NCBI GenBank assembly: GCA_963702205.1
Contig: OY969724.1
Coordinates: forward strand, 160,001 to 224,000
Length of the DNA: 64,000 nt
From: an uncultured candidate division Zixibacteria bacterium
GTDB taxonomy: Bacteria; Zixibacteria; MSB-5A5; GN15; PGXB01
Reading direction: 5' to 3'
The notes under the pieces are model-generated. The model was not told the origin of the DNA and searched no databases. It worked only from the letters and a program-made list of their open reading frames with translations. Below are positions 41,338 to 51,401 of the stretch, in pieces; the stretch's first letter is position 1, and each line of letters begins with the position of its first letter. Position numbers and translations under genes: made by a program.

Positions 41338-41804
41338 CCGCGCACCTCCGAATAGTCCACGGACTGGTCGATATACTCCTCGAGCATCACGTCCACCTCG
41401 GCGTGCTGGGGCAACAGGTTGTCCCGGTCGAACATGTGGAAGAACCGGGCCTTCACCTGGCGGACCACGCAGAGCACGCCCGGGTAAAGGTCTCCGAACA
41501 TGAAAAGCACCCGATGCGGGGCGTTCTTGAGCATGGTCCCCGCGTGTTCGGGATAGAGCAGAGAGCGCAGCCAGTCCACCGACTCCTTTACGGACCCCTT
41601 GAAGAAGACCAGCTTGAATCCGATCTTGCGTGGCTCGCCGGCCACGTACTGATAGCGGGGATGGCTCATACCCGGAATCTTGATGGCCGCGTAGGCCGTG
41701 CTTTTCTCGTCGATGATGTCGTTCGGGTTGTACTGGAAATCGAGGTAGTCGCCCGTGTCCACGTCAACAAGATATGCGGTAATCTCTTTCTGATCCCAGG
41801 CCAC
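41334..41804 (-). CDS. CIS-type tube initiator protein
   Basis: FQYNP, IPG...P.YQY..G, PHRVLF.FG, A.V.V.L.EY. Confidence 0.8.
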   Translation of the reverse strand: MAWDQKEITAYLVDVDTGDYLDFQYNPNDIIDEKSTAYAAIKIPGMSHPRYQYVAGEPRKIGFKLVFFKGSVKESVDWLRSLLYPEHAGTMLKNAPHRVLFMFGDLYPGVLCVVRQVKARFFHMFDRDNLLPQHAEVDVMLEEYIDQSVDYSEVRG

Positions 41805-41806
41805 GG

Positions 41807-42118
41807 TTACAGCACCCCCACATCGATCACGGGTTTGCCCAGACGTCGGGCATGATCGACTTCCCGGCGCATGCCGTCGGAAAGGCCTTCGCCGGTGAAC
41901 ACCCAGACCTCGTCGCAGATCTCCATGAACGTCAGGCCGCAGGCGATGCCTGCCTCGCGTTCGGAGGTCTTTGCGTCATCGAGAAAGCGCGTGTAGAGAA
42001 GATGCGGCGCGAAGGGCGCGCAACCGCGCTCCACCGCCTTCCGGCAAAGCCGCTCGGCAGTCGCCTTGTTCCGAGAGACATCCCCGGCGTACCGGCTGCA
42101 AATGAATACCCGTTTCAT
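41807..42118 (-). CDS. DUF4406-like (nucleoside 2-deoxyribosyltransferase fold) protein
   Basis: VFICS.Y.GD...N, P.APHL, CDEVWVF, S.GM..E...A...GKPV. Confidence 0.8.
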   Translation of the reverse strand: MKRVFICSRYAGDVSRNKATAERLCRKAVERGCAPFAPHLLYTRFLDDAKTSEREAGIACGLTFMEICDEVWVFTGEGLSDGMRREVDHARRLGKPVIDVGVL

Positions 42119-42125
42119 ACGTTCC

Positions 42126-45100
42126 TCACAGCGTCTCGTAGTTCTTGATCTTGCGCTCGCGCAGGTCCCGGTATACGGAACGGGCCACCTGACGTCCGTC
42201 GAGCATCGTGGTCACCGACACCTCGATGGGCCGCTCTCCAAGCTGGTCCAATTTCGCCAGCAAGGATTCGAGCACGGGGCGCAGCGTCTCCCCCGGAGGT
42301 AATGCGGGCATGCCGGACTCTGGACCGAGCACGCCCCTGGTCTCGCCGAGAAGACGGGCCTGTCCGGTGGCGAGATGAGCGGCCGGTCTCTCCATCGGCG
42401 CAGTCGCTATGGTGCTTTCCATCTTGGAGGCGACCGTTGGAGCTTCTCCCGCCATGACCGGTGTGAGCGCCAGGGTTCCCGCCAACAGGGCCGGAGCGGC
42501 AATCTTGCCCGTCAGTCCGGTCATGAATCCGAAAGCGCGCGTCATGGCCTCGGCTGGTGCGGACGCCGCCTTGGTGATGCCGCCGGCCAGGGTCTGAATC
42601 AGCGCAGCACCGCTTCGGGTCAGGTCCGCGAGCGGGCCTTCCTTGGCATCGGAGAACGGCAGCAGATTCCGCACGAACGAAAGGGCCGACTTTGCCGCTT
42701 GGTACGGCGCGCTCACGGCGGACTTGATGCCGTCGCCTACCGCGGTCATGAACGCCCTGCCGCTTTGGAACGCCGATCCCGCCAACGAGGACACGCTGGA
42801 CGCCAGAGACCCGAAGGCGCTCGATGCGGCGGTCTTGATTTGTTCCCATGCGGTCGACGCGACCGATGCCAAACCCTCGAACGGGGCCTTGATCCACTCC
42901 CAGGCGCTCTGCGCCATAGTCTTGAGGGAGTCCCAAGCGGTCGATGCCGCTCCGGTGATCCGGCTCCAGGCGGAGGCGGCGCTCCCGGCGATCCAATCGA
43001 AGGGTGCGGAAAGCAGCGACCAGGACGACTGGAACAGCGAACCGATCCGGCTCCATCCACCTTGCAGAAGGTTGCCGATTCCATCCCATGCTGCGCCGAC
43101 GGAGGTTTTGATCCGGTCCCAGGCCAATCCCGCGGAATCGGTTATCCACGAAAAGGGCGTGCTGACGAGCGACCAGGCTGTGCGCCCGACGTTGCCGATG
43201 CCGGTCCAGAGTCTTGACGCCGCGTGCTCGATGCCGTCCCAGGCAGTCCCGGCCGCGGACAACATCCATCTAAAGGGCGCGGCCAACACGCCCGCAGTTC
43301 CACGACCAAGCGCCGTGAGCCCGTCCCAAGCATTCGATGCCGCTGAGGTCACGGTGCGCCAGACCGCTGCCGCAAATTGCGCTCCCTTTCTGAACGGCCA
43401 GGTAACCGCGGAGAGGATGCCGCCTCCCATGCTTTTCAAGCCGTCCCATACCCAACGGACCGCGCCAAGCATTCCTTGCAGCGCCAGACCCAGCGCCTTG
43501 CCCGGCAGGGAGAGGACGCCGAGCATTCCCTTGGCCAGGGTCTTGAGGATGGCCGCTCCGGAGCCGGTGAGGTCCGACAGGGGGCCAGTCTCCGCGTCGG
43601 AAAACGGCAGGAGACTGCGGAGCCACCCGAGAGCCTTCTTGAGCATCTCGAACGGATAGGTGACCGCCGACCAAATGCCCTTGCCGACGGCCACGAGGAT
43701 CGCCTTGCCCGCCTCGTAGAAAGTCGTGTCGCCGGAAAGGAATCCCCGGACCGCGCCGAAGATATCGGCCAGCGTTCGGACCAGAGGCAGGTTCATGAAG
43801 GCTGCAGCCAAGGCCGATGCCGCTGAAACGAAAAAACTTCCGACGGCGGAGAAGAGTCCCTTGATGAAATCCCAAACACCGACGATCACGTCCCGGACCC
43901 AGCGGAAAGGCGTTGCCAGGAAATCGAAGATCGCTCCCCCGATGACCTTGAGTCCGTCGAGCACGGAGAGGTCGCCGGTGAGCACCCGCCAGACCGTGTA
44001 AATCACCCGGGCCGCGGCGCGGAGCGCCTCGACCAAAAGCCGGACCGGCAGAAAGAACTTGTAGATGAACTTCCCCGCCTCGATGAAAGCGGTGACAATG
44101 GTCTTGCCGAGCCAAACGACCGCGCGCACCACCCAAGCGACCACCGTGATGACGGCCACCATGTTGTAGATGACGAACTTTAGGAGATACGCTCCGACCT
44201 TGGCGATCACACCGAGTACCGTGCCGAGGGTCTCGCCGAGACTCCGGTAGGAGGAGGCATCGGCGGAAGATGCCGCCAAGCCGAAGATTTCAAGGACCGA
44301 AAAAATCGCTTTGTACAGCATGCCGTAAGCCTGCATGAGCGCCCCGACCGCGGGTTCGAGAATCGCCCTGATCTTTCCGAACGTATCGGAGAATGCCTCC
44401 CATAAGCCGGTCAGAAACTGGCGCACCCGGTAGTAGATGCGGAAGACCGTGACCACCAGTCCCATCAGCCCGGCCTGTTCGAGCTTCTGCGCCAGGTCGG
44501 CCGACATGGTCCCGGCACCGCCGGAAAGCGAGGTGACCAGCGCCCGAATCCCCTGGAATACGAGTTGCACCTTTTCCCACGCGCCGAGGATGGTGTCCCG
44601 GATGCCGGCGAAGTTGGTCTCCCAAGCCCGTTTGAGGAGATAGACGGCGAGCACCACACCGCCGATGATCGCGACCACCGGAAGGAAATATGCGGCGAAC
44701 GTGCTTCCCACACCGGCGATTGCCGCGCCCATGGCGGCAAGCCCCGCCTTGATGGCGGGGAGCATCAGGCCGATGGTCCCGGCCACGGCGATCACTCCAC
44801 CGACGACGACCAGCACGGCACCCAGCGCCATGGACAAGGTCAGGAGGACCCTGGTCAACCCCGGCATCGAACGTGCGAGCTTCTGGAAAAACAGGACGGC
44901 CTTCGATATCCCCTGGATGATCGGCGTGACCACCGGCAGGAGCGTGCGGCCGAGGATTTCAGCGAGGTTTCCGACCTGCTGGCGCACAAGCTGGAACTGA
45001 CTCCCGATATCCATATTCATGGCCCGCGCCATTTCTTCAGTGACGGCGGTGCCGGTCTTCATCGCGTGTTCGATGGAGCTGATGTTGCCCTCCAGGGACT

Positions 45101-46031
45101 CCATCCCCTGGGACATCTGGAGCAGGAACTTCACCGCTTCGTCGGAGCCGAACGCTTTCTTGATCTGCACCTGCGCGGCGGCTTGGGACAGGTCCGGAAA
45201 GCGCGACTTGATCTCCTGGAGAATGGGGATGACCCCCTTGAGTCTCCCCGTGGAATCCACGAAGGACAGCCCCAACTGCTCACCGGCTTCCGCCGCCTTC
45301 ATGATGAAAGCCTTGTAAAGCGTTCCGGCTTCCGAACCGGGCATGGTGGTCTGCAGTTGTCCGAGAATGGCGAGCTGTTCCTGCAGCGGAATGTTGGAGG
45401 AGGCGGCCACCGCACCGATGTTTTTGACGGCTTCCGCCATCTGCGCCCCTGTGGTCTTGAACGACGCCACGGTCTGGGCCATGGCTCCGGAGAAGGCCTT
45501 GGCCCACTCCATGTCGGTCATATCCGCCATGATCGGTTTGAAGATGCCGTACCCACTGGTGAAGGTGCCGACCATCTCCTGGATGCTGGCTTTCGTGGCT
45601 TTCGCGGTCAGGGCTGCCATGGCGGAGAATGTGCCCACGGCTTCGTCGCTCAAGGCGGATAGCGCCGACTTGACGTCGTAGGCCGCGCTGATGAACTCGG
45701 CCTTGCTGTAACCGGCCCAGGTATTGGTGAAGCTCTCGGAGGCGTCCTCGAGAGCGCGAAGGTCCTTGATTCCGAGCGATGCCATCTCGCCCAGGGCTTT
45801 CTGGGTCGCGGCGGTGGAGGCCACGAGTCCGACGGGCACGGCCATAAGCGCCAGGCCCGCACCGATCATCATGGTGCCTTTCTGGATTCGGTCGAGATTG
45901 CGCGTCATGCGCTCGCTGGAGGCGGCCACCGTCGCGTCCAGCGACTGCATGGACGACTGGACCCGACCCGCGTTCTGCGAGAACGCGTCCTTCATCGAAA
46001 CGATGATGCCGAGTCCAAGATCTCCGTTCAT
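42126..46031 (-). CDS. Tail tape measure protein
   Basis: 1301 aa, Ala/Gly-rich, GS.AGT core, hydrophobic segments, ~11-residue W/F periodic repeats, two LLPFSDA..GPL.DLT motifs. Confidence 0.95.
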   Translation of the reverse strand: MNGDLGLGIIVSMKDAFSQNAGRVQSSMQSLDATVAASSERMTRNLDRIQKGTMMIGAGLALMAVPVGLVASTAATQKALGEMASLGIKDLRALEDASESFTNTWAGYSKAEFISAAYDVKSALSALSDEAVGTFSAMAALTAKATKASIQEMVGTFTSGYGIFKPIMADMTDMEWAKAFSGAMAQTVASFKTTGAQMAEAVKNIGAVAASSNIPLQEQLAILGQLQTTMPGSEAGTLYKAFIMKAAEAGEQLGLSFVDSTGRLKGVIPILQEIKSRFPDLSQAAAQVQIKKAFGSDEAVKFLLQMSQGMESLEGNISSIEHAMKTGTAVTEEMARAMNMDIGSQFQLVRQQVGNLAEILGRTLLPVVTPIIQGISKAVLFFQKLARSMPGLTRVLLTLSMALGAVLVVVGGVIAVAGTIGLMLPAIKAGLAAMGAAIAGVGSTFAAYFLPVVAIIGGVVLAVYLLKRAWETNFAGIRDTILGAWEKVQLVFQGIRALVTSLSGGAGTMSADLAQKLEQAGLMGLVVTVFRIYYRVRQFLTGLWEAFSDTFGKIRAILEPAVGALMQAYGMLYKAIFSVLEIFGLAASSADASSYRSLGETLGTVLGVIAKVGAYLLKFVIYNMVAVITVVAWVVRAVVWLGKTIVTAFIEAGKFIYKFFLPVRLLVEALRAAARVIYTVWRVLTGDLSVLDGLKVIGGAIFDFLATPFRWVRDVIVGVWDFIKGLFSAVGSFFVSAASALAAAFMNLPLVRTLADIFGAVRGFLSGDTTFYEAGKAILVAVGKGIWSAVTYPFEMLKKALGWLRSLLPFSDAETGPLSDLTGSGAAILKTLAKGMLGVLSLPGKALGLALQGMLGAVRWVWDGLKSMGGGILSAVTWPFRKGAQFAAAVWRTVTSAASNAWDGLTALGRGTAGVLAAPFRWMLSAAGTAWDGIEHAASRLWTGIGNVGRTAWSLVSTPFSWITDSAGLAWDRIKTSVGAAWDGIGNLLQGGWSRIGSLFQSSWSLLSAPFDWIAGSAASAWSRITGAASTAWDSLKTMAQSAWEWIKAPFEGLASVASTAWEQIKTAASSAFGSLASSVSSLAGSAFQSGRAFMTAVGDGIKSAVSAPYQAAKSALSFVRNLLPFSDAKEGPLADLTRSGAALIQTLAGGITKAASAPAEAMTRAFGFMTGLTGKIAAPALLAGTLALTPVMAGEAPTVASKMESTIATAPMERPAAHLATGQARLLGETRGVLGPESGMPALPPGETLRPVLESLLAKLDQLGERPIEVSVTTMLDGRQVARSVYRDLRERKIKNYETL

Positions 46032-46854
46032 GTGCGCCTGCGCTCCAGTTCTTCACGCTCAAAAGCAAGCTGCCGCTCCAGGGCCTCCACAAATTCGCGG
46101 CGGACCGAGAGCGGCAGCGCCTGTGTTTCCGAGAAACTCCAGTGGAGCCCGCCGTAGGCGAGAAAAAACGCGTCCCTTACAAGCGAACTCCGGGGAACAA
46201 AAAACCCGGTTCCGCCTCCAGCCGGGTGCGGATACGCATCCCGCAGGATTCGCAGTCGGTCTCCACGGTTGTGTCGACACCCGCGTCCACCCTCAGCATT
46301 TCCTGCCGGAGGGCGCTGCGGTCACGCATCGACATATCGTTCATGAGCTTCTTGGTCGGCTGCGCGCCGTCCACGTCGATGATTCGGATCAGCATGGCCG
46401 AGGAGATGGAAGGCTCCTTGAGAGCGGCCAGGCGTTTTTCCTTGTTGCCGTCCAGATAGCCGAACCGGACCTTGCGCCCGGAGCCGGGGAGCATGAAAGC
46501 GAATTCCCTTTCCTCTCCGTAAGGCGTGACATCCAGCTCTTCCAGGTTGACCGTGACGGCGTTCGACGCCCGGCAGGCGGTGTTCGGGCAGGTCAGTTCC
46601 AGCTCGACCTCGTCGCCGAGAGAGACCTGACGCAGGCGGACCAGAATGAACAACCGGTCCCCGGAGAGGAGATCGAGAACGTCCTTCACCGTCGGTTCGT
46701 CGTTGTCCCCCAGCCGCACGATGCAGTTCTTGAGAGCCTGGTTGACGGCGTCTCCCGTCCGGATGAGGCGCTGATTGGTGAGCAGTTCCTCTTCGGCCCC
46801 GGTCATCTCCCGGAGTTCGATCTCGAGGCCGCTCGGCAATTCAAAGGTGTGCAT
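46028..46854 (-). CDS. Tail assembly chaperone: short form 46177..46854, -1 frameshift extension to 46028
   Basis: ELPSG..I.LREMT..EE, CP..C and CESCG; GGGTTTTTTG at 46207-46198 opens a -1 frame (LAYGGLHWS..E...LP...R) ending in an ATGA overlap with the tape measure start. Confidence 0.8.
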
Positions 46855-46870
46855 GGTCTACCTCCTCGGA

Positions 46871-47332
46871 TCAGGTCCAGTACTGGAAACAAATGGTGAG
46901 TTTCTCGATGGTGTTGTCCGTGTTCGCGCCCTCGAGTTCGTCGTACTCCAGTACCTTGGTCCACGCGCCGTGCAGGGTCCACCGTCGCGTCTCGTTGCCG
47001 GTTCGGTCGTAGCGGACGAGGTCGATGTCGCGCATGTAGTCGTTGGGCAGACCGCCGACCACGGCGTTGACGTCCACCTGTTTCTTGATCCACTCCCTGG
47101 CGGCTTCGTCGGAACCGTCCTGGAGAATCCCTTTCTCCAGGGTGATATCCTCGAACTTGACCCGTCCGGCCACCTTTTGGTCGAACATGGAACCGGCCGG
47201 CGCGAAGGCCACTTCCTCGAACTCGGTCTTGGGTTCCTGGCCCTTCCTGAAGAGCGCCACGTCGAAGCCGTTCACCTCGACGGCGAATTGCCAGTTCTGA
47301 TACAAACTCTTGGGCATATTGCCGCTGCGCAT
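46871..47332 (-). CDS. Tail tube protein (T4 gp19-like)
   Basis: F.VE..G, GR.KF.DITL.KG, W, RW.L..AW, IE.LTI. Confidence 0.92.
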   Translation of the reverse strand: MRSGNMPKSLYQNWQFAVEVNGFDVALFRKGQEPKTEFEEVAFAPAGSMFDQKVAGRVKFEDITLEKGILQDGSDEAAREWIKKQVDVNAVVGGLPNDYMRDIDLVRYDRTGNETRRWTLHGAWTKVLEYDELEGANTDNTIEKLTICFQYWT

Positions 47333-47343
47333 GACTTACCTCC

Positions 47344-49200
47344 TTACCCGGTCTTGAAAATCTCTTTGAAATCGGCCCCAGTGGCGGTGAGCACGAAGTT
47401 GAGCTCGATGAATTCCGCCGTTTTGGTCGGCTTGACGAAGACGCGCGCCATGAGTTCGTTGCGGTCGATCACGGCCGGGGTGTTGGTCTCCTCGTCGCAC
47501 TGGACGGCGAAGTCGTAGAGGCCGCCCTTGTCCTTGATGTCCTGCATGAACGGGTTGATCAGCCGGATCAGCGCGCGCCAGGTCTGCGGGTTGTTGGGCT
47601 CGAAGACCACGAAACGCGAGGACTCGGCGATGGCCTCCTCGATGAACATCATCAGCCGCCGCACGTTCACTCGGTCGAGGGCTGAGGGCTGGCTCTGCAG
47701 CGTCTTTTGCCCCCAGATGTTGATACCGCTGTCGGGGAAGGAGGCGATCACGTTGACGCCCTCGGGATAGAGGACATCCCGTTCGCCCCGGCTGGTCTTG
47801 TAGCCCAGCGACAGGGCGTTGAAGATTCGGCCGCGGTCGATGCCGGCGGGCGCGTACCAGACGTGGGCCTTCTTGTCGCTGCGGGCATAGCACCCGGCCA
47901 CCGCACCGCTCGGGGGGATCAGTTTGCGCTTGCCGGTCACCGGGTCGTTGATCTCGATCCAGGGATAGTAGAGCGCGGCATAGGACGAGTTGAAGGCACC
48001 GTGGGAATACATCCCCTGGCCCTTGCGGAAATCGACCGCTTCCAATGGTTCGAGGTGAATGGGCGTTTCGGCGAGGAGCATGAGGTCCTGGCGGTTTTCC
48101 GCATAGGTGACACCGGCGTGGATCACCTCGGCGGTCGTCACGCCGGGAACCATGATCAGGTTCAGCGCATCGATCTCGTCGAAGGCGTAGAAACCGGTGT
48201 GCTGGGAGGGATCTCCGGAGTAGTCCGCGTCGTCCAATCCTGTAACTCCGTCGTCTCCTCCCGACAGATCGAACACTCCGATGACGGGCCGATCCGCAGG
48301 CAGGCCGGATGCGGTTCCGAGGTCCTCGAGGGTGATGTAGTCCGACCGCTCGTTGACAGCGATTTCGACGTGATTCGGAGCGGTTTCGTCCATGGAGAGG
48401 TCCTTGAAGACCTCCACCACCTCACCTTTGTGGCGAACCACCAGGTTGAACGCGCCGGTCGGATCGAGAGAACCGTCTTCGACCTGGACGGAGAGCCGGT
48501 CGCCCCAGGTTCCTTCGTCGGCCGCACGCACCTTGAGTGTGTCCAGCGCGTCCATGCCTCCGGACAGGTTGGCCGCAGCCGCGGCTTGGACGACTCCCGT
48601 GTCCTGTGTTTCCGCCGTGACCAGCGCAGCCGCCTCTGGAGTCCCGGTGACGGCGGCGACCACTTGGTCAGCGGTGGAGACCGGATCGCCCGCTCCGTCG
48701 GTTGCCAGATTGACGGTGACCGCTTCTCCCAAGACCTCAACGGACAGCGGCGTATCGTTTCCCGCAACGACGAGTTCGAGGGAGACGGCGTTTCCCGCAA
48801 CCCCCGGCTGAATCGCCCGCCACGCAATGCGATCCGATCCGATAGTGCCGGATGCGAGCATTGCCGTGGCGACACGCCGGTCCTTGAGGATGGCCTGGGC
48901 CTTCACGGCGGTCAGTGTGTTCCGGTTTGTGGGGTCCGTCAGATGAGCGATGCGATTTACGAAAAGTACGGAGCCGCCGTTGTCGAAGAACGCCCTTGCA
49001 GCGTAGGCGAGGTAGCCGACCTGTATATAGGAGCCGAACTTGTTGATGAACTGTTCCCAGCTCGTGACCAGCACGGGCTTGTTGATAGGGCCACGTTCGG
49101 CCACGCCCACCATGCCGCAGGAGGAAGTGGAGATCTGCTTGACGTAGAAGCTGAAGTCGACTTCGCGGGTATAGATGCCGGGTGAAAGATATGTGCCCAT
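47344..49200 (-). CDS. Contractile tail sheath protein
   Basis: YLSPGIY..E, AFF.NGG, AALYYPWI, PPSG.VAG, APAG, IWG.KTL, VNVRRL, FEPN...W, AEFI. Confidence 0.96.
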   Translation of the reverse strand: MGTYLSPGIYTREVDFSFYVKQISTSSCGMVGVAERGPINKPVLVTSWEQFINKFGSYIQVGYLAYAARAFFDNGGSVLFVNRIAHLTDPTNRNTLTAVKAQAILKDRRVATAMLASGTIGSDRIAWRAIQPGVAGNAVSLELVVAGNDTPLSVEVLGEAVTVNLATDGAGDPVSTADQVVAAVTGTPEAAALVTAETQDTGVVQAAAAANLSGGMDALDTLKVRAADEGTWGDRLSVQVEDGSLDPTGAFNLVVRHKGEVVEVFKDLSMDETAPNHVEIAVNERSDYITLEDLGTASGLPADRPVIGVFDLSGGDDGVTGLDDADYSGDPSQHTGFYAFDEIDALNLIMVPGVTTAEVIHAGVTYAENRQDLMLLAETPIHLEPLEAVDFRKGQGMYSHGAFNSSYAALYYPWIEINDPVTGKRKLIPPSGAVAGCYARSDKKAHVWYAPAGIDRGRIFNALSLGYKTSRGERDVLYPEGVNVIASFPDSGINIWGQKTLQSQPSALDRVNVRRLMMFIEEAIAESSRFVVFEPNNPQTWRALIRLINPFMQDIKDKGGLYDFAVQCDEETNTPAVIDRNELMARVFVKPTKTAEFIELNFVLTATGADFKEIFKTG

Positions 49201-49203
49201 GGT

Positions 49204-49494
49204 TTACCTCCGTTTCCGGCGTTTGCCGCCGTTTTCGCCGCCGATGTCCACTCCGATCTCGACCGGTTCATCCCGCGGATGCTCGGGTTCGGGAGCGATC
49301 GGCGTCACCGGCGTCAGCGACACAAAACCACGCTTCACGGCAACGTCGATCTCGGGGGAGATGTCGGCCTCGTTCAGCGTTCTGCGTTCACGAGGGTTCA
49401 GATGCAGCCCCCGGCCGCCTTCCGCGAGGTGGAAAGTGAGCGGCTGGAAAAGAAGATTCTTGATTTCGATCACAGTGGTTCCTCCTTGTGTCAT
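49204..49494 (-). CDS. Hypothetical phage protein
   Basis: ORF between the terminator-like and sheath genes; start may be the internal GTG behind GGAGG. Confidence 0.65.
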   Translation of the reverse strand: MTQGGTTVIEIKNLLFQPLTFHLAEGGRGLHLNPRERRTLNEADISPEIDVAVKRGFVSLTPVTPIAPEPEHPRDEPVEIGVDIGGENGGKRRKRR

Positions 49495-50039
49495 GGGGTG
49501 TGGAGCCGATCCTCATCGACGCCGTCCCGGAACTCGAACCGACGGTCCTTGATGAGCGGCCCCGTTTCGACGAGGCCGTCGTAGACTGGGCAGTCCTCGA
49601 TCCGGCAGCGGCCGCTGCTCTGGCGCAGGTTGGAGAGGTTGACCCGGCGCAGTCCACCCAAGGGCACGATCTCCGTCAGGTTGAGGGAGCCTCGGTCTTC
49701 CACGGCCAGGACTGCGTGAAGCTGATAGAAACGCGCGACCCGTTCCTGGAGGTCCAGCAGATCGCCTTCATGGCCGGCGGTGACGATGACGTCGAACTCG
49801 AGGTGGTAAAGCCGGGGGTGACGGCACTGCTCATAAACGAGGTTCGGGATGTCCTTTTCCACCATACGGGCCATGGTGCGGCGGTCGCCGTTTTCGACCA
49901 GCGTCGGTCCCTGCAGGATCAGGCTCGGCACGTTCGGCACCTCGAAGACGTCGTCCGCGGCGACGAGCACCGCGTCCGGGTCGATCTCCGCCTTGACCAG
50001 GCGGATCAGGTTTTCAACGACTGTGCGAACGGTTTCCAA
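49491..50039 (-). CDS. Putative tail terminator/neck protein
   Basis: 182 aa, position between virion morphogenesis gene and sheath; GGAGG RBS. Confidence 0.6.
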   Translation of the reverse strand: METVRTVVENLIRLVKAEIDPDAVLVAADDVFEVPNVPSLILQGPTLVENGDRRTMARMVEKDIPNLVYEQCRHPRLYHLEFDVIVTAGHEGDLLDLQERVARFYQLHAVLAVEDRGSLNLTEIVPLGGLRRVNLSNLRQSSGRCRIEDCPVYDGLVETGPLIKDRRFEFRDGVDEDRLHTP

Positions 50040-50077
50040 GTCGGGTTCCTCCGGTTCGAGCGACTGTTTCCGCTGGA

Positions 50078-50107
50078 TACCTACCGGAGGCGGACGGGAA
50101 GTGTCGG
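50078..50107 (-). promoter_or_regulatory. Putative phage late promoter, copy 3
   Basis: Minus strand CCGACA-N14-CCGGTAGGTA, intergenic. Confidence 0.75.
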
Positions 50108-50114
50108 CGGAGGA

Positions 50115-50600
50115 TCAGAGCGCCGAACGGATCGCTTGGCGGTAGTTCTCGATGATCCGCTCGCGATACTTCTCCATGGTGGGATGCAGGAAGGGACGGG
50201 GCGGGATGACGATCACCGCGCCGTTGGGATGTTGGATGGTGGCTCCGTACTCCATCACCGCGCCGATGTTCACGAGGTCGTCGCCGTCCTTGTTGACCGT
50301 GCCGCGCAGAAGTCCCACGAAAGCCCGGTCTGAGAGGATGCGCTGCGTGATGGAATTGATCAGAAAACCGGTGTCGATCAGGGCCTTGCTGGAACCCTTG
50401 CGCGCGATAGTGCTCTCGGCCAGCTTGACGAACGCCTTGCCGCCCGGTGCCTGGGAGCGGATGCCGCGCTTGATCTCGCGGACGAGGAGAAGGGCGTTCT
50501 TGATGGTCGCCTGCCTGATCGCCAGCGCGAGTCGGGCTCCGGGATTGGCGGCCAGCTTCGATTTCGCTTTGTCCCAGTCGCCGAAACGCTTAACTCCCAT
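50115..50600 (-). CDS. Virion morphogenesis / tail completion protein (Mu gpG-like)
   Basis: LA.STI.RKGS.K.LIDTG.L..SI, EYG, IPPRPFL. Confidence 0.88.
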   Translation of the reverse strand: MGVKRFGDWDKAKSKLAANPGARLALAIRQATIKNALLLVREIKRGIRSQAPGGKAFVKLAESTIARKGSSKALIDTGFLINSITQRILSDRAFVGLLRGTVNKDGDDLVNIGAVMEYGATIQHPNGAVIVIPPRPFLHPTMEKYRERIIENYRQAIRSAL

Positions 50601-50952
50601 GGATGCGCACCAGCTTCAGTACCTTGTGGGTTGCGACGCCGAAAAGACGCTCCTCCACTACGGTCTGAACCCGAAACACGTCCGCTCCGCTTTGCACCCG
50701 GTCTTCCGGTCTTACGTCCAGTCCGGGCAGCACGCAGGCCGTGGCGTCGATCTTGTTGGCGAGGTCTTCCGGCGGCGTTTCGATAAACTCGAGCGGAAAG
50801 GTCTCCACCTCGGCGAAAGATGCGTCGTCCGATCCGTACAATCGCTCGCCCGGAACGACGCGCAGCAACGCGGCTTCCTGTGAGCTTGCCAGGATCAGCT
50901 CTCTCACGTCCCCGGCGGCGGCCGCTTTCTCTGGATCGCTCAGCAGGTTCAA
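50590..50952 (-). CDS. Putative head closure protein
   Basis: 120 aa, DV...DRV.....F.V..V pattern; neck position. Confidence 0.6.
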   Translation of the reverse strand: MNLLSDPEKAAAAGDVRELILASSQEAALLRVVPGERLYGSDDASFAEVETFPLEFIETPPEDLANKIDATACVLPGLDVRPEDRVQSGADVFRVQTVVEERLFGVATHKVLKLVRIHGS

Positions 50953-51401
50953 AGGTCGCTTCCTTGATCGTAGATGACCGGCGCGAGTCCGCCGGGCGTG
51001 ATGATGTAGTCCTCCGGCGACGCGGCGGCTCCCGGCTTGATTTCACCCAGCCGCTGTTTGTAGACGGCCTTGAGGTCCTCTTCGAGTCCAGCCCAATGCT
51101 CGGGCTGCTTGGTCTTGTCCACCCGCTTGTCGCCGCTGGAAAAGGCGAACGCATTGGCGGTCTGGGCCCGCATGACCTGGCACGCATGAATCTGGCCCAG
51201 CAGGAGCAGCAACTCGCGCGGCTCGCCTTCCGGCTCCGGAACGACCTCTCCGTTTACGACGGAAAGTGAGAGTTCCAGGTCGCGCGCCAGCCGATGCACG
51301 CCCTTCAGGATGCAGCGGGAAAGGACGTCCTCGCTGAACAGCTCGCCCTGGGGATCGGACAGGTCGGTCCGGAGAACGGCGACAAGATCAGTCAGCGCCA
51401 C
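50949..51401 (-). CDS. Putative head-tail adaptor
   Basis: LR..L.D....LFS.D.L start, FSSGD..VD; follows the capsid genes. Confidence 0.6.
   Translation of the reverse strand: MALTDLVAVLRTDLSDPQGELFSEDVLSRCILKGVHRLARDLELSLSVVNGEVVPEPEGEPRELLLLLGQIHACQVMRAQTANAFAFSSGDKRVDKTKQPEHWAGLEEDLKAVYKQRLGEIKPGAAASPEDYIITPGGLAPVIYDQGSDL

Noticed and set aside
31659..49200. Stand-alone eCIS, tailocin or T6SS
   Set aside because: Head genes and a long tape measure are present; no Afp15-like ATPase or T6SS membrane complex
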